DNA of 64,000 nt from a bacterium (GCA_963662285.2 CAXXMV010000008.1:1216001-1280000), one strand, 5' to 3'. Shown: positions 40,874 through 51,468, numbered from the stretch's first letter. The notes: generated by a model from the letters alone, not told the origin. Translations and numbers: made by a program.

Positions 40874-41998
40874 ATGCCCATGAAAGTAGCCGAATCCATC
40901 TTGAGATCACTCCAGCAGCCCGTTCTCGTTTTGGACAAAACTTTACAGCCCCTGATCGCCAACCCTGCTTTTTTTCAAATGTTCGGTCTGCCGCCAACCA
41001 GTTTGGATGGTGAATATATCTCTGAATTAATCTCCGGAAAGATTTGCAAACCTTCTTTGCGGACAGTTATTGAATCTACCAGCACAAATGACAGGAACGG
41101 GGGAGACAGTGTGGTTGTATGTACGCTACGGATGGGAAAGCAAATTTATCTGTTGGTGAATGCCCGTTACATTCATGAGAGCGATCTGCCAGAGATGATT
41201 CTTTTGGAATTGCGTAATATTACAAGAAAAAAAGAGGCCGAGTTAAAAATCCAGGAATTAAACGATGCGCTCCAAAAACATGTGGCCACTGTGGATGCGA
41301 TAAACAAAGAACTGGAGTCGTACAGCCATTCCGTGTCGCACGACTTGCGCACACCCTTGCGGTTTGTAAACCGGATTGCGCATTTACTGCTTCATGAACC
41401 AGGAACAAACCTCTCGGATACTGCTATTCAACAAGTAAACATGATCCTGCAAGCCACAACCGAAATGGGACGGCTGATTGAGAATCTGCTCGTATTCTCA
41501 CAGGTAAGCCGTGAGCCACTTAAAAAACGCAGCGTGGATCTGCGAAAACTGTTTCTGGAGACAGTGAAGGAACTTGAGAACGAGCAGGAAGACCGCGATG
41601 TTGAGATCGTGATTCAAGATTTGACGCCGTGCCATGGCGACCGAATCCTCATGAAAGAGGTCGCGTCGAATCTGATGGCAAACGCCCTGAAATTCACTCG
41701 GCAGCGCAATAGGGCAAGAATTACAATAGGTTGCACGGAGACAGACGAAGAAACTATTTATTTCATAAAAGATGATGGAATCGGATTTGACATGAGTAAC
41801 TCTGATTCTCTCTTTCATCCATTTCACAAACTTCACACAGCGGCAGAATTCGAGGGGACAGGAATTGGTTTGGCTCTTGTCAAGCGTATCATTGAGCGGC
41901 ACGGAGGCCGGATATGGGCGAAAGGCGAAATCGATAAGGGCGCGATTTTCTATTTTACCCTGGGAATAAGACAATCCGGCAATAGAATACATGAGTAA
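40874..41998 (+). CDS. Cytoplasmic PAS sensor histidine kinase
   Basis: PAS-like N-term, SVSHDLRTPL H-box, NALKF, DDGIGF, GTGIGLA; no transmembrane segment. Confidence 0.9.
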   Translation: MPMKVAESILRSLQQPVLVLDKTLQPLIANPAFFQMFGLPPTSLDGEYISELISGKICKPSLRTVIESTSTNDRNGGDSVVVCTLRMGKQIYLLVNARYIHESDLPEMILLELRNITRKKEAELKIQELNDALQKHVATVDAINKELESYSHSVSHDLRTPLRFVNRIAHLLLHEPGTNLSDTAIQQVNMILQATTEMGRLIENLLVFSQVSREPLKKRSVDLRKLFLETVKELENEQEDRDVEIVIQDLTPCHGDRILMKEVASNLMANALKFTRQRNRARITIGCTETDEETIYFIKDDGIGFDMSNSDSLFHPFHKLHTAAEFEGTGIGLALVKRIIERHGGRIWAKGEIDKGAIFYFTLGIRQSGNRIHE

Positions 41999-42017
41999 AA
42001 TACGGTAAGGCACAACT

Positions 42018-42737
42018 ATGGCTTCAAAAAAGAAAATTTTAATCGTGGATGATGATCCACAGATCGTGCGGGATATCCAATCCCATCTTGAGAATCTTGG
42101 CTATGAGGTGGCAACCGCCAGGGATGGGCTTTCAGGGCTGGAACTCGCCCGATCGATTTTACCGGACCTCATAATACTAGACATAACCTTTCCTATTTCC
42201 ACCATATCAAGAAACCACACAGTTGATGGTGTGGAATTGCTTCGAAATCTGCGAGAGTCGAGCAATGTTCCAATCCTCATGCTGAGCAGTACAAACATAT
42301 CCGCTGTTAGAGTGATGGCGCTCAATATTGGAGCGGATGATTATGTATCTAAACCATTTGAAATTCAAGAACTTAGCGCTCGGATTGAAGCGATTTTGCG
42401 CAGGACTGGACAGAATTTGTCAGAGGAAAATGTTCTGAGTTTTCACCGTTTGCGGTTGGATCCTGGAGAAAGGCATGTTTGGAAAAATAACCAGCTCGTT
42501 GAACTCACCGGTATTGAGTTTGATATCCTATATATGCTTGCCCGACGTCCCAACCATGTATTCACCCGTGACACCATCATTGAGCATGTTTGGGAAAGTG
42601 AAAGTTGCTGCGTTTCAAAAGCCGTCGATGTTCACATTGGACATATTCGAAGGAAAATTGAAGATAATCCAAGCAGTCCTGCATTCATAGTTACCGTGCG
42701 TGGAACCGGTTACCGGTTCGAAGACGAACCCGTGTAG
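42018..42737 (+). CDS. OmpR/PhoB-family response regulator
   Basis: REC (ILIVDDD, LIILD, GADDYVSKPF) plus wHTH (LTGIEFDIL, VDVHIGHIRRK, TVRGTGYRF). Confidence 0.92.
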   Translation: MASKKKILIVDDDPQIVRDIQSHLENLGYEVATARDGLSGLELARSILPDLIILDITFPISTISRNHTVDGVELLRNLRESSNVPILMLSSTNISAVRVMALNIGADDYVSKPFEIQELSARIEAILRRTGQNLSEENVLSFHRLRLDPGERHVWKNNQLVELTGIEFDILYMLARRPNHVFTRDTIIEHVWESESCCVSKAVDVHIGHIRRKIEDNPSSPAFIVTVRGTGYRFEDEPV

Positions 42738-43049
42738 ACAGTTTTCATCTTTCAACCTTTTGGAACGTCAAAAATATGGGGTTTTTACCCTTTCTTCTTT
42801 TATTTGTTGTTTCCCTATAAATTCAATTCATTAATGAACCTTTACCGAAAGTTTACCCAAAAACCATCTCGGAACAATAATATTGTGACATGAAGGTTCA
42901 CAATATTATACCAATGGTAAATAGAAATATACGTTAAAGGAATCGGATAACCCACTACTAACGGACTAATTCCACCTTTTACAACGGATATTCTAAATTT
43001 CAATTGGTATTATTACCATATATTCTTTTCAAGAAATTGAGAATTTCCA

Positions 43050-43502
43050 GTGACTAGTAATGGATTTATAGACATTCTCGTTGTAGAGGATAACGACAGC
43101 GAGCGGGCATCTATCGTGGAATCGTTACAATCATCCATTCCTGACGTCTGTGTTGTTGCCGTTTGTAACGGCAAAGAAGCTCTGGACTTTTTATTCTGCC
43201 GCGGCATCTGGAGTGATCGTGTTGGTGAAGATCCTCCTAAACTGATTTTGATGGATCTAGTGCTGCCAGAGTCGGACGGCTTTTCCGTACTCGGCCAAAT
43301 ACGGTCGATCGAACCAGAAAACGAATTCACTCTCACACCGGTAGTCATTTTCACAGATTCTCAAGAACGCCATGATATCACAAAAAGTTACCGTTGCGGC
43401 GCTAACAGTTACATTATAAAACCTCTGAGTTTTCTCGATTTTCAATCTGTTGTGAAAACTGTTGGTCAATACTGGATGGACTTTAACAAGACACATTCCT
43501 AA
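43050..43502 (+). CDS. Single-domain response regulator (Rcp-like)
   Basis: ILVVEDN, PKLILMDL.LP, PVVIFT, GANSYIIKP, YW. Confidence 0.85.
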   Translation: MTSNGFIDILVVEDNDSERASIVESLQSSIPDVCVVAVCNGKEALDFLFCRGIWSDRVGEDPPKLILMDLVLPESDGFSVLGQIRSIEPENEFTLTPVVIFTDSQERHDITKSYRCGANSYIIKPLSFLDFQSVVKTVGQYWMDFNKTHS

Positions 43503-43588
43503 ATTCTAGCCAATGATATTTGAAATCAGGTTACTGGAAATATGAACATCCCCACAGGTTATTATTCTTTCGTAAAAGGAGAATTGAC

Positions 43589-43741
43589 ATGAAAGCATTG
43601 AAGAGATCGGTCGTGTTATTACTGGTAGGTGCGTTTTTGGGCGCCTGTGTATGCGGATGCAGTACCATAAAAGGCGCAGGGAAAGACGTGCAAAGTATTG
43701 GCAGGGGTATCGAAAAAGCATCCGATAATGCTACTAATTGA
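43589..43741 (+). CDS. Entericidin EcnA/B-family lipoprotein
   Basis: AAGGAG RBS; signal plus GCSTIKGAGKDVQSIG. Confidence 0.85.
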   Translation: MKALKRSVVLLLVGAFLGACVCGCSTIKGAGKDVQSIGRGIEKASDNATN

Positions 43742-43893
43742 TAAGTAAGATGTCCATATTTTTTCTGTTTATACGCTTAAGAAGATTCTTAATAGCGAAC
43801 GGTATAGATATCGCAATCAACATGTGGACGCGTCCCGGCTTCAATCTCATCTCGTACACTATTGTCTAAACCAAAATAAAGGAGAAGTGAAAA

Positions 43894-44043
43894 ATGTTAG
43901 AGACATTAATAATCGTCCTGATTGTATTGTGGTTACTTGGTTTAATTACGTCGTACACGATGGGCGGATTCCTTCACGCACTTTTAATCCTTGCGGTTAT
44001 TGTGATCGTGGTTCGTGTTATACAAGGTCGAAAGGTACTGTAG
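43894..44043 (+). CDS. lmo0937/DUF5670-family small membrane protein (49 aa)
   Basis: MLETLIIVLIVLWLLGLITSYTMGGFLHALLILAVIVIVVRVIQGRKVL, AAGGAG RBS; not in the ORF track. Confidence 0.85.
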   Translation: MLETLIIVLIVLWLLGLITSYTMGGFLHALLILAVIVIVVRVIQGRKVL

Positions 44044-44184
44044 CAATCTTGGAACGCTTCCAAGTTTCAGAGCGCTGTACGGATCGGTTCCCACAGTTTG
44101 CGGCGCCGTTTGTTTTCATGCATCACCTAACACTGGAAACGCCGAATTACCTAAGGGATCGGGGAAGCCAAGGGTATCCAGGAA

Positions 44185-44367
44185 ATGAACAACGCTATGG
44201 CCGGTTCGGGCGGAGAGGCCATTGTTAAACTAAGAATTGCTGAAGCGCTTCAGGGAAAGCGCATCATACTGCTGCCGGTGTCCGAGGGTGGGATGAATCT
44301 CAAGACCACCGATATCAACCGGCTGATCGAGACAATAGGCATCAAAGCGCTTTCCGGGAAGGAATGA
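44185..44367 (+). pseudogene. C-terminal remnant of an SPFH/band-7-like protein
   Basis: AMAGSGGE.IVKLRIAEALQGK.IILLP..GG.NLKT.D.N pattern; no upstream body. Confidence 0.4.
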
Positions 44368-44660
44368 CGATGGTGAAGAAAACAAAGTCAATCAAACAAA
44401 ATAAAAATCCACAAAACAACTTGTTTTCTCAGGTTAGAACTCTATTAAGTCTAAATAACTTTAGAGGCAAAGAAGATGCCTTTTTTAATAAAGTTTTTAA
44501 TACTTGGGATAATCTGTGGAGTTTTTTCAAAAAGGTATTGAAGCGGAATATTAAAAAGTAGCCTATCATAATTTGAATTTTCACAGTTTTCGATTTTGAA
44601 GAACCGGATAAACCAGGCATCGATTCATAGAAACAAATTCTGAAAAGAAAAGAGGCCGAA

Positions 44661-44780
44661 ATGGGTGACAAAGGAAAAAGAGATAAAGGCAAACGCGATG
44701 ATAAGAAAAAAAGCAAGGACACACTGAAGGAAAAGCGGCAGAAAAAAAGAGATAAGATAAAACCGATTTTCCCTGAATGA
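44661..44780 (+). CDS. Small Lys/Arg-rich peptide (39 aa)
   Basis: MGDKGKRDKGKRDDKKKSKDTLKEKRQKKRDKIKPIFPE, AGAGG RBS, immediately before the GT operon. Confidence 0.55.
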   Translation: MGDKGKRDKGKRDDKKKSKDTLKEKRQKKRDKIKPIFPE

Positions 44781-44810
44781 TGCAATAGGAAAAACAAGAA
44801 AGTGGCGGCC

Positions 44811-47117
44811 ATGACATCTGTTATCAAGTATTATGAGGGAATCAGCTCCGTTGCTGTAATTGGCAACTATCTGCCCCGTCAGTGCGGCATTGCAACCTTC
44901 ACTACGGATTTGGTTGAGAGTTTATCGGCGGAAGCCCCCGAAATTCACTGCTGGGCGGTTGCCATGAACGACAAACCCGAAGGATATGCATATCCAGAAA
45001 AAGTGCAATTTGAGATTAACCAGAACAAGTTGGCCGATTATAGCGTCGCAGCACAATTTCTTAATATCAGTCAGACGGATATTGTATGCGTGCAGCATGA
45101 ATACGGTCTTTTCGGAGGGCCGGCTGGAAGCCATCTGTTGAAACTGCTGGGGGATCTGCGCATGCCGGTTGTGACTACGTTGCACACGGTTTTGAAAGAT
45201 CCCTCGCCGGAATATCGCGCCGTTATGTGTAAACTATCCGATCTGTCCGATAAACTGGTAGTGATGAGCCACAAGGCCTATGATTTCCTTAAAGATATCT
45301 ATGAGGTATCCGAGGAGAAAATTGCTTTTATCCATCACGGTATTCCCGATACGCCATTCATCGATCCAAGTTATAACAAAGACAAGTTTGGTGTGGAAGG
45401 AAAAAAAGTACTGCTTACATTCGGCTTGCTGTCTCCAAATAAGGGCATTGAGAATGTCTTGCAGTCGCTTCCGGCAATCATAAAAAAACATCCTGATGTG
45501 GTCTATATTATCCTGGGAGCAACCCATCCGCATATTCTACAGTTGCATGGGGATGAATACCGAATCATGCTGCAGCAACTGGTACGCAAACTCGATCTCA
45601 GCGAACATGTCATCTTTCAAAATCGTTTTGTTGAACTAAAAGAGTTATGCGAGTTTCTCGGCATCGCCGATATCTATGTTACTCCTTATCTTGATGAAGC
45701 CCAGATCACCTCTGGAACCCTGGCCTATGCCATGGGCACGGGAAAAGCCGTCATTTCGACGCCGTACTGGTATGCTACGGAGATGCTGGCAGAAGGCCGG
45801 GGTCGAATTGTGCCCTTCCTCAATCCAGATGCCATAGCGGAACAGATCACTGGACTTTTGGACAACGATATCGAACGGCACGCTATGCGTAAAAAAGCCT
45901 ATACATTCAGCCGTGAATCGGTCTGGAAGGAAGTCTCTCGAAAATATCTACAGGTTTTCAGTGAAGTGCGGCAAAACCGGACTCAACATCCCCGTCCCCG
46001 GCATTCCTATGTAGAAAACATCAAGGCCATCACAAATTTTGAACTCCCGGAGATCAAACTCGACCACCTGAAATCGTTTACCGATGATACTGGCATTCTG
46101 CAACATGCTAACTATACTATTCCCGATCGCACTCATGGCTACTGCACCGATGACAATGCCAGAGCGCTGCTGGTCGCTGCAATGGGACAAAACTATTTGC
46201 CAACGAACGGCTTGGGACTGGATTTTCTTAGCGGTCATTATCTTGGATTTCTTCAGTATGCCTATAACGATGAGAATGGGCGCTTTCGCAATTTTATGAC
46301 TTATTCGCGGCAGTGGATGGAGGAGATCGGATCTGAGGACTCTCATGGCAGAGCGATCTGGTGTCTTGGCAAAGCGGTAGATTTTCTTCAAAATCCCGGG
46401 CATCTCGCAATGAGTACGACTCTATTCAATAAGGCGCTGCGTAATGTTGAGAATTTTCATTCGCCCCGCGCTATTGCTTTTTCCCTGGTGGGTATGCATG
46501 CTTACCTGCATAAATTTTCCGGTGACAGCGATGTACGCAGGATTCGGGAAATTCTTGCTAATAAACTTTTCAATCAGTTTAAAAACAACAGAACTGATGA
46601 TTGGCCCTGGCTTGAGGACACTCTAAACTATGCGAACGGCAAACTGCCTCATGCCCTGCTGTTGTCCGGCCAGTGGATGCAACGCAGTGACATGATTGAT
46701 ATGGGTCTCCAGTCTCTCAAGTGGCTGTTTTCCATCCAGACCGAAGACGGCCATTTTACCCCCATTGGTAACAATGGCTGGTATCAAAAAGACGGTTCCA
46801 AAGCCCGTTTCGATCAACAGCCAATTGAAGCGAATGCCATGATCGAAGCTTGTGTGGAAGCCTTTAATGTCACTCAGGATAAATCATGGTTCGACAGTGC
46901 TGTTCTATGTTTTAATTGGTTTTTGGGACACAACGACCTTAACTTACCGCTTTATGATCCCAAGACGGGCGGTTGCCGGGATGGCTTGATGGCGGACGGC
47001 ATCAACCAGAATGAAGGCGCCGAATCATCTCTTGCCTGGCTGCTTTCGCTAATGACATTGCAAAAGTTTTATGCCGATGAGATTTTAAACCAGCCATCAC
47101 CAAAGACGACTGATTAA
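44811..47117 (+). CDS. GT4 glycosyltransferase fused to a six-hairpin glycosidase-like domain
   Basis: PRQCGIATFT, QHEYG, TFGLLSPNKG, QITSGTLAYA; C-term GYCTDDNARAL, FDQQPIEA, NEGAES. Confidence 0.88.
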   Translation: MTSVIKYYEGISSVAVIGNYLPRQCGIATFTTDLVESLSAEAPEIHCWAVAMNDKPEGYAYPEKVQFEINQNKLADYSVAAQFLNISQTDIVCVQHEYGLFGGPAGSHLLKLLGDLRMPVVTTLHTVLKDPSPEYRAVMCKLSDLSDKLVVMSHKAYDFLKDIYEVSEEKIAFIHHGIPDTPFIDPSYNKDKFGVEGKKVLLTFGLLSPNKGIENVLQSLPAIIKKHPDVVYIILGATHPHILQLHGDEYRIMLQQLVRKLDLSEHVIFQNRFVELKELCEFLGIADIYVTPYLDEAQITSGTLAYAMGTGKAVISTPYWYATEMLAEGRGRIVPFLNPDAIAEQITGLLDNDIERHAMRKKAYTFSRESVWKEVSRKYLQVFSEVRQNRTQHPRPRHSYVENIKAITNFELPEIKLDHLKSFTDDTGILQHANYTIPDRTHGYCTDDNARALLVAAMGQNYLPTNGLGLDFLSGHYLGFLQYAYNDENGRFRNFMTYSRQWMEEIGSEDSHGRAIWCLGKAVDFLQNPGHLAMSTTLFNKALRNVENFHSPRAIAFSLVGMHAYLHKFSGDSDVRRIREILANKLFNQFKNNRTDDWPWLEDTLNYANGKLPHALLLSGQWMQRSDMIDMGLQSLKWLFSIQTEDGHFTPIGNNGWYQKDGSKARFDQQPIEANAMIEACVEAFNVTQDKSWFDSAVLCFNWFLGHNDLNLPLYDPKTGGCRDGLMADGINQNEGAESSLAWLLSLMTLQKFYADEILNQPSPKTTD

Positions 47118-47131
47118 CAAAAGGATCTACC

Positions 47132-48172
47132 ATGCGTATTGCTATGCTCTCGCCCATTGCCTGGCGCACGCCGCCCCGGCATTATGGGCCATGGGAAAAC
47201 GTGGCCTCCCTTATTACGGAGGGGCTTGTATCATTCGGTCATGATGTAACCTTGTTTGCAACTGCGGATTCTAAGACCAGCGGTAAACTACATGCGGTTT
47301 GCCCGCATGGCTATGAAGAAGACCGTTCTTTGATACCCAAAGTCGGGGAATGTCTTCACATTTCAGAACTTTTTGAACATGCCGATGTGTATGACATCAT
47401 CCACAACCATTTTGATTTCCTGCCTCTGACTTATACTGGTCTTACTACCACCCCGGTAGTGACCACTATTCATGGCTTTTCATCTCCCGGGATTTTGCCG
47501 GTTTACAAAAAATACAACGGAAAAGTGTTCTATGTTTCCATCAGCGATGCCGACCGATCACCGGATCTTGATTATATAAAAACTATCCATCACGGCATTG
47601 ATATCAAGCAATTTGATTTCCAGTCTCAACCGGATGATACCCTTCTTTTTTTCGGGCGCATTCACAATGACAAAGGCGCCCGTCAATCTGTTGAAATTGC
47701 CAGGGCAAGCAATAAAAATCTGATATTGGCGGGTATTATCCAAGACCAAGCTTATTATGACCAATATATCGCACCTTACATTGACAATGACAAAGTGATT
47801 TATGTCGGCAGCGTCGAACCAGTTGAACGCAACCGGCTACTCGGTAAAGCCTGCGCGCTATTGCACCCTATCCAGTTTGATGAACCGTTCGGTCTATCAA
47901 TTATCGAATCCATGGCCTGTGGAACGCCTACGATCGCAATGAATAGGGGAAGTATGCCCGAATTGATCGAAAATGGTAAAAATGGTTTTTTAGTAAACAA
48001 CGTGAACGAGGCCATTGAGGCCGTTGCGCGTATTAACGAGATCGACCGCGCTTACTGCCGCCGCTATTTTGAACGGCATTTCACGGTCGACCGCATGGTA
48101 GATAAGTACATACAAGTCTACGAAATGATTCTTGATTCATCACAGGTGAAAATTACTCAAGGAAATCGATAG
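47132..48172 (+). CDS. GT4 glycosyltransferase
   Basis: PPRHYGPWE, FGRI..KG, EPFGLSIIESMACGTP. Confidence 0.9.
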   Translation: MRIAMLSPIAWRTPPRHYGPWENVASLITEGLVSFGHDVTLFATADSKTSGKLHAVCPHGYEEDRSLIPKVGECLHISELFEHADVYDIIHNHFDFLPLTYTGLTTTPVVTTIHGFSSPGILPVYKKYNGKVFYVSISDADRSPDLDYIKTIHHGIDIKQFDFQSQPDDTLLFFGRIHNDKGARQSVEIARASNKNLILAGIIQDQAYYDQYIAPYIDNDKVIYVGSVEPVERNRLLGKACALLHPIQFDEPFGLSIIESMACGTPTIAMNRGSMPELIENGKNGFLVNNVNEAIEAVARINEIDRAYCRRYFERHFTVDRMVDKYIQVYEMILDSSQVKITQGNR

Positions 48173-48219
48173 CCAGACAGATGCTGAATCTATAAAAATA
48201 CTTTATAGGACAAACCCGT

Positions 48220-49161
48220 ATGAAAAATCACTATCCAATAATAACACGCTATAAAAACAACCCCATACTAACAAGGAAGGACGTACCATATCCAGTAGCG
48301 ACTGTTCACAATGCAGGCATCGTCAAACACAACAACCGCTACATTATGCTTTTCAGGTCTCATCTGCTAAATGGCCGCTCTATCATTGGCCGCGCCGACA
48401 GTGAAGATGGTTTTTCATTTACGGTTCATCCCAAACCCTTTCTCGTACCTGATACGGATAATATTTTTGCTGAATATGAAGCGTTCGGAGTGGAGGACTT
48501 GAGGATTTCCCCGGTAGAAGAAGAGTATCTACTGACCTATAGCGCCTATTCCCGTCATGGCGTGCGGATTGCCTTGGCGCGAACCAAGGATTTTGAAAAG
48601 GTGGAACGCGTAGCCCTAATTACCCAGGCCGACCTTCGCAATGTAGTCCTTTTTCCTGAGAAATTTGGTGATCGGTATGTACGATTAGACCGGCCGCATT
48701 CCGAAATTTCACCCTGGTCGATCTGGATTTCCTATTCTCCCGACCTCGTGTACTGGGGAGATTCCCAGGTGATTATGAAACCGGTGGCCTATCACTGGGA
48801 TGAAATGAAAATCGGCCCAGGCGCAGCGCCATTTAAGACCAGTAAAGGCTGGCTTCATATTTATCATGGCGTATTTAAGACTATGTCAGGAACGGTCTAT
48901 CGCCTCGGCGCGGCCCTGCATGACCTCAAAGATCCGGCGAACATTATTGGTGTTTCCGATCAGTGGATATTGCAGCCTGAAGATCCTTGGGAGATAAGTG
49001 GCTATGTGCCCAATGTTGTTTTTACATGCGGCGCTGTTCCTGAAGATGATGGTACGGTAAAAATATACTGGGGCGGTGCGGATACAGTCATGTGCGCCGG
49101 TACGGCCATTATTGATGAATTGCTTGAACTCTGCCTTAAAGATTCAAGGTCGCCATTGTAG
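48220..49161 (+). CDS. GH130 glycoside phosphorylase/hydrolase
   Basis: NPIL, HNAG, GVEDLRI, NVVLFPEK, KIGPG, YHGV, VPNVVF, YWGGADT. Confidence 0.88.
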   Translation: MKNHYPIITRYKNNPILTRKDVPYPVATVHNAGIVKHNNRYIMLFRSHLLNGRSIIGRADSEDGFSFTVHPKPFLVPDTDNIFAEYEAFGVEDLRISPVEEEYLLTYSAYSRHGVRIALARTKDFEKVERVALITQADLRNVVLFPEKFGDRYVRLDRPHSEISPWSIWISYSPDLVYWGDSQVIMKPVAYHWDEMKIGPGAAPFKTSKGWLHIYHGVFKTMSGTVYRLGAALHDLKDPANIIGVSDQWILQPEDPWEISGYVPNVVFTCGAVPEDDGTVKIYWGGADTVMCAGTAIIDELLELCLKDSRSPL

Positions 49162-49291
49162 ATGATTAACGTCAAAGGAATACAGACTGGAATAGCAATA
49201 TCAAAATAGGCTGAATTTGAGATTCTATCGTGATTAAAAGATCAGCGGTTCAGTATATTAAATAGTAATCGATACGAAGGACTCAATTTAA

Positions 49292-50782
49292 ATGCACTCT
49301 AAAAAACACCACAAACTGAATGTTAAAAGAAAAGCAAATAAGATCGTCGGGGATACATCACGGGTAATCACCCGCCTTCATCTTCCCGATAAAAAATATC
49401 GTATTACTAAAATTATTCAACGGATAATGAGTTTACCCGATCAGGAAGCAGAACATGTAATTGCGCAAATAATGGTTGATTTTTCTGGACGGCACAAAGA
49501 CATTGAACATATTTTTGCGCGACACTTGAATGAGGTAAAGGATTATCTTCCGCAGGATACAATGCCCAGTGATGTCCAAAAAGCCCTCATTGGAGCATAT
49601 TTCACAAAGGAGTACTCCATTGAATCGGCAGCCCTATTCAATCCGTCCATCGTTCCCCATCCCGATCAACGCCATTTAAATGAAGGCAGTTTACGTTTTG
49701 TCATGAGCCTGCGCGCAACCGGCGAAGGCCATATTTCTTCTATTGTCTTTCGTAGCGGCGTCCTTGATCAGCACAATACTTTCCTTTTCGACTCAATCAG
49801 TAATTTTGTGGAAACGCCGGATGTTCATTCAGATCCTGCTTATAAACGCCATATTTTTCAGTTAAAACTTAACGAGATGGAGGTCGGCAATGAGATAACC
49901 GCCCATATTCTTGACCAGATGGCGGAAGATTTTACATATAAAGAATTAATTGAAAAAATAGAAATACTACGCGCACAACCGCAATTTCCTGAAACAATCC
50001 AAAACAGTACGTTCGAAATCTTATACTGGCTGGCGGATTCCAATTATGAGGTGAATTTTCAACCTGATCATCGCATATCCGAGCGGGTAATTTTTCCCGT
50101 TTCGAAAAACGAAAGCCGAGGCATTGAAGATGCCCGTTTCGTGCAATTTTTTAATGACGACGGGGAGTTCACCTATTATGCCACCTATACAGCATATAAC
50201 GGTATAACGATTTTACCCCAATTGATTGAAACAAAAGATTTTATCAAATTCAATATTTTAACGCTTAACGGTAAGGCCGTTCAAAACAAAGGCATGGCGC
50301 TTTTCCCCCGAAAAATTGGTGGCCGATATGCCATGCTCTCGCGTCAGGATGGTGAAAACAATCATATCATGTTCTCCGACAATATCCATTTTTGGCAGCA
50401 ATCTCAAATCATTCAGGAACCTGAATATCCTTGGGAATTCATCCAGATCGGCAACTGCGGTTCCCCCCTGGAGACCGATCAAGGCTGGATTGTGCTCACT
50501 CACGGTGTCGGACCCATGCGCCAATATTGCATAGGCGCCATGCTGCTCGATCTTGAAAAGCCTTCTAAAGTTATTGCCCGGCTGGATGAACCATTACTTA
50601 TCCCGCATGAGGAAGAGCGTGAGGGTTATGTTCCTAATGTAGTATATTCCTGCGGCGCGATCATTCATAATAACGAGTTAGTCATTCCCTATGCCATGTC
50701 CGATATCAATTCAGGTATTGCAACCGTCCAGGTAAGAGAATTGATTGACTGCATGTATGCACGCAGTAACTTGACGATATAA
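49292..50782 (+). CDS. GH130-family protein (long form)
   Basis: ALFNPSIVPHPDQ, GIEDARFV, NKGMALFPRKI, QIGNCGSP, GYVPNVVYSCG. Confidence 0.85.
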   Translation: MHSKKHHKLNVKRKANKIVGDTSRVITRLHLPDKKYRITKIIQRIMSLPDQEAEHVIAQIMVDFSGRHKDIEHIFARHLNEVKDYLPQDTMPSDVQKALIGAYFTKEYSIESAALFNPSIVPHPDQRHLNEGSLRFVMSLRATGEGHISSIVFRSGVLDQHNTFLFDSISNFVETPDVHSDPAYKRHIFQLKLNEMEVGNEITAHILDQMAEDFTYKELIEKIEILRAQPQFPETIQNSTFEILYWLADSNYEVNFQPDHRISERVIFPVSKNESRGIEDARFVQFFNDDGEFTYYATYTAYNGITILPQLIETKDFIKFNILTLNGKAVQNKGMALFPRKIGGRYAMLSRQDGENNHIMFSDNIHFWQQSQIIQEPEYPWEFIQIGNCGSPLETDQGWIVLTHGVGPMRQYCIGAMLLDLEKPSKVIARLDEPLLIPHEEEREGYVPNVVYSCGAIIHNNELVIPYAMSDINSGIATVQVRELIDCMYARSNLTI

Positions 50783-51337
50783 GATTGCCGCTTATAAGCC
50801 CCATTGATCAACATAAAACTGATGTGATTAATCAATGGACGCTATAACTAAACATGTTGAATCCCAAAACTCTTATAAATGAAAAGTAAATGTTCTTCCA
50901 GACTTCCGCATCTATTGAAGATCACAATTATCATATTCCCCCAATTCAAGATCGGATGCCATCGGAATTAAGGCAGAAAGAAATACGCCAAGCCTTGGAA
51001 GAGGTGTTGAACCGAAAGAGCGCTAGTATACTGTTGTAAACCTGTTTTTGATCTCTTTTATTATGTATGAACAATTAGTTGTTGTGAAATTGATGTATTC
51101 CGAAATGTTGGGAGTTGTAGATCGTTCAAAATTATAGAGTTAAAGATCTAAGTATACGTTTGCAAAACACATATACCTATTATGTGTTTGCATAGGCAGT
51201 TTCAATTCCCAAGTGCAACCAAAGTTGAATCCTCATTAACATTTTGGTTTGGTTTTTATAATATCCACAATAATTCCCTTTCGACCTTCAGGGCGTAAGT
51301 TCTTAACCACTTACCTTTATTAAGGACTTGCTTAACC

Positions 51338-51406
51338 TCATCGCTCGATCGCTTGCTTGAAGTCGGCAATCAGGTCCTCGGGTTCTTCCAGGCTGATGGA
51401 TACACG
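51338..51406 (-). pseudogene. C-terminal scrap of a Cys/Met-metabolism PLP enzyme
   Basis: Manual translation RVSISLEEPEDLIADFKQAIER* resembles the RLSVGLE..EDLIADL.QAL terminus. Confidence 0.55.
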
Positions 51407-51468
51407 CGTGTAGCGTGCGAGGATGCTGCGGTCCGTCTCCTCTTTTCGCGCTTGACAGCCAAACGGTA

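Noticed and set aside
43824-44228. 134-aa plus-strand ORF
   Set aside because: Overlaps the RBS-supported lmo0937-like gene in another frame; no recognisable motifs
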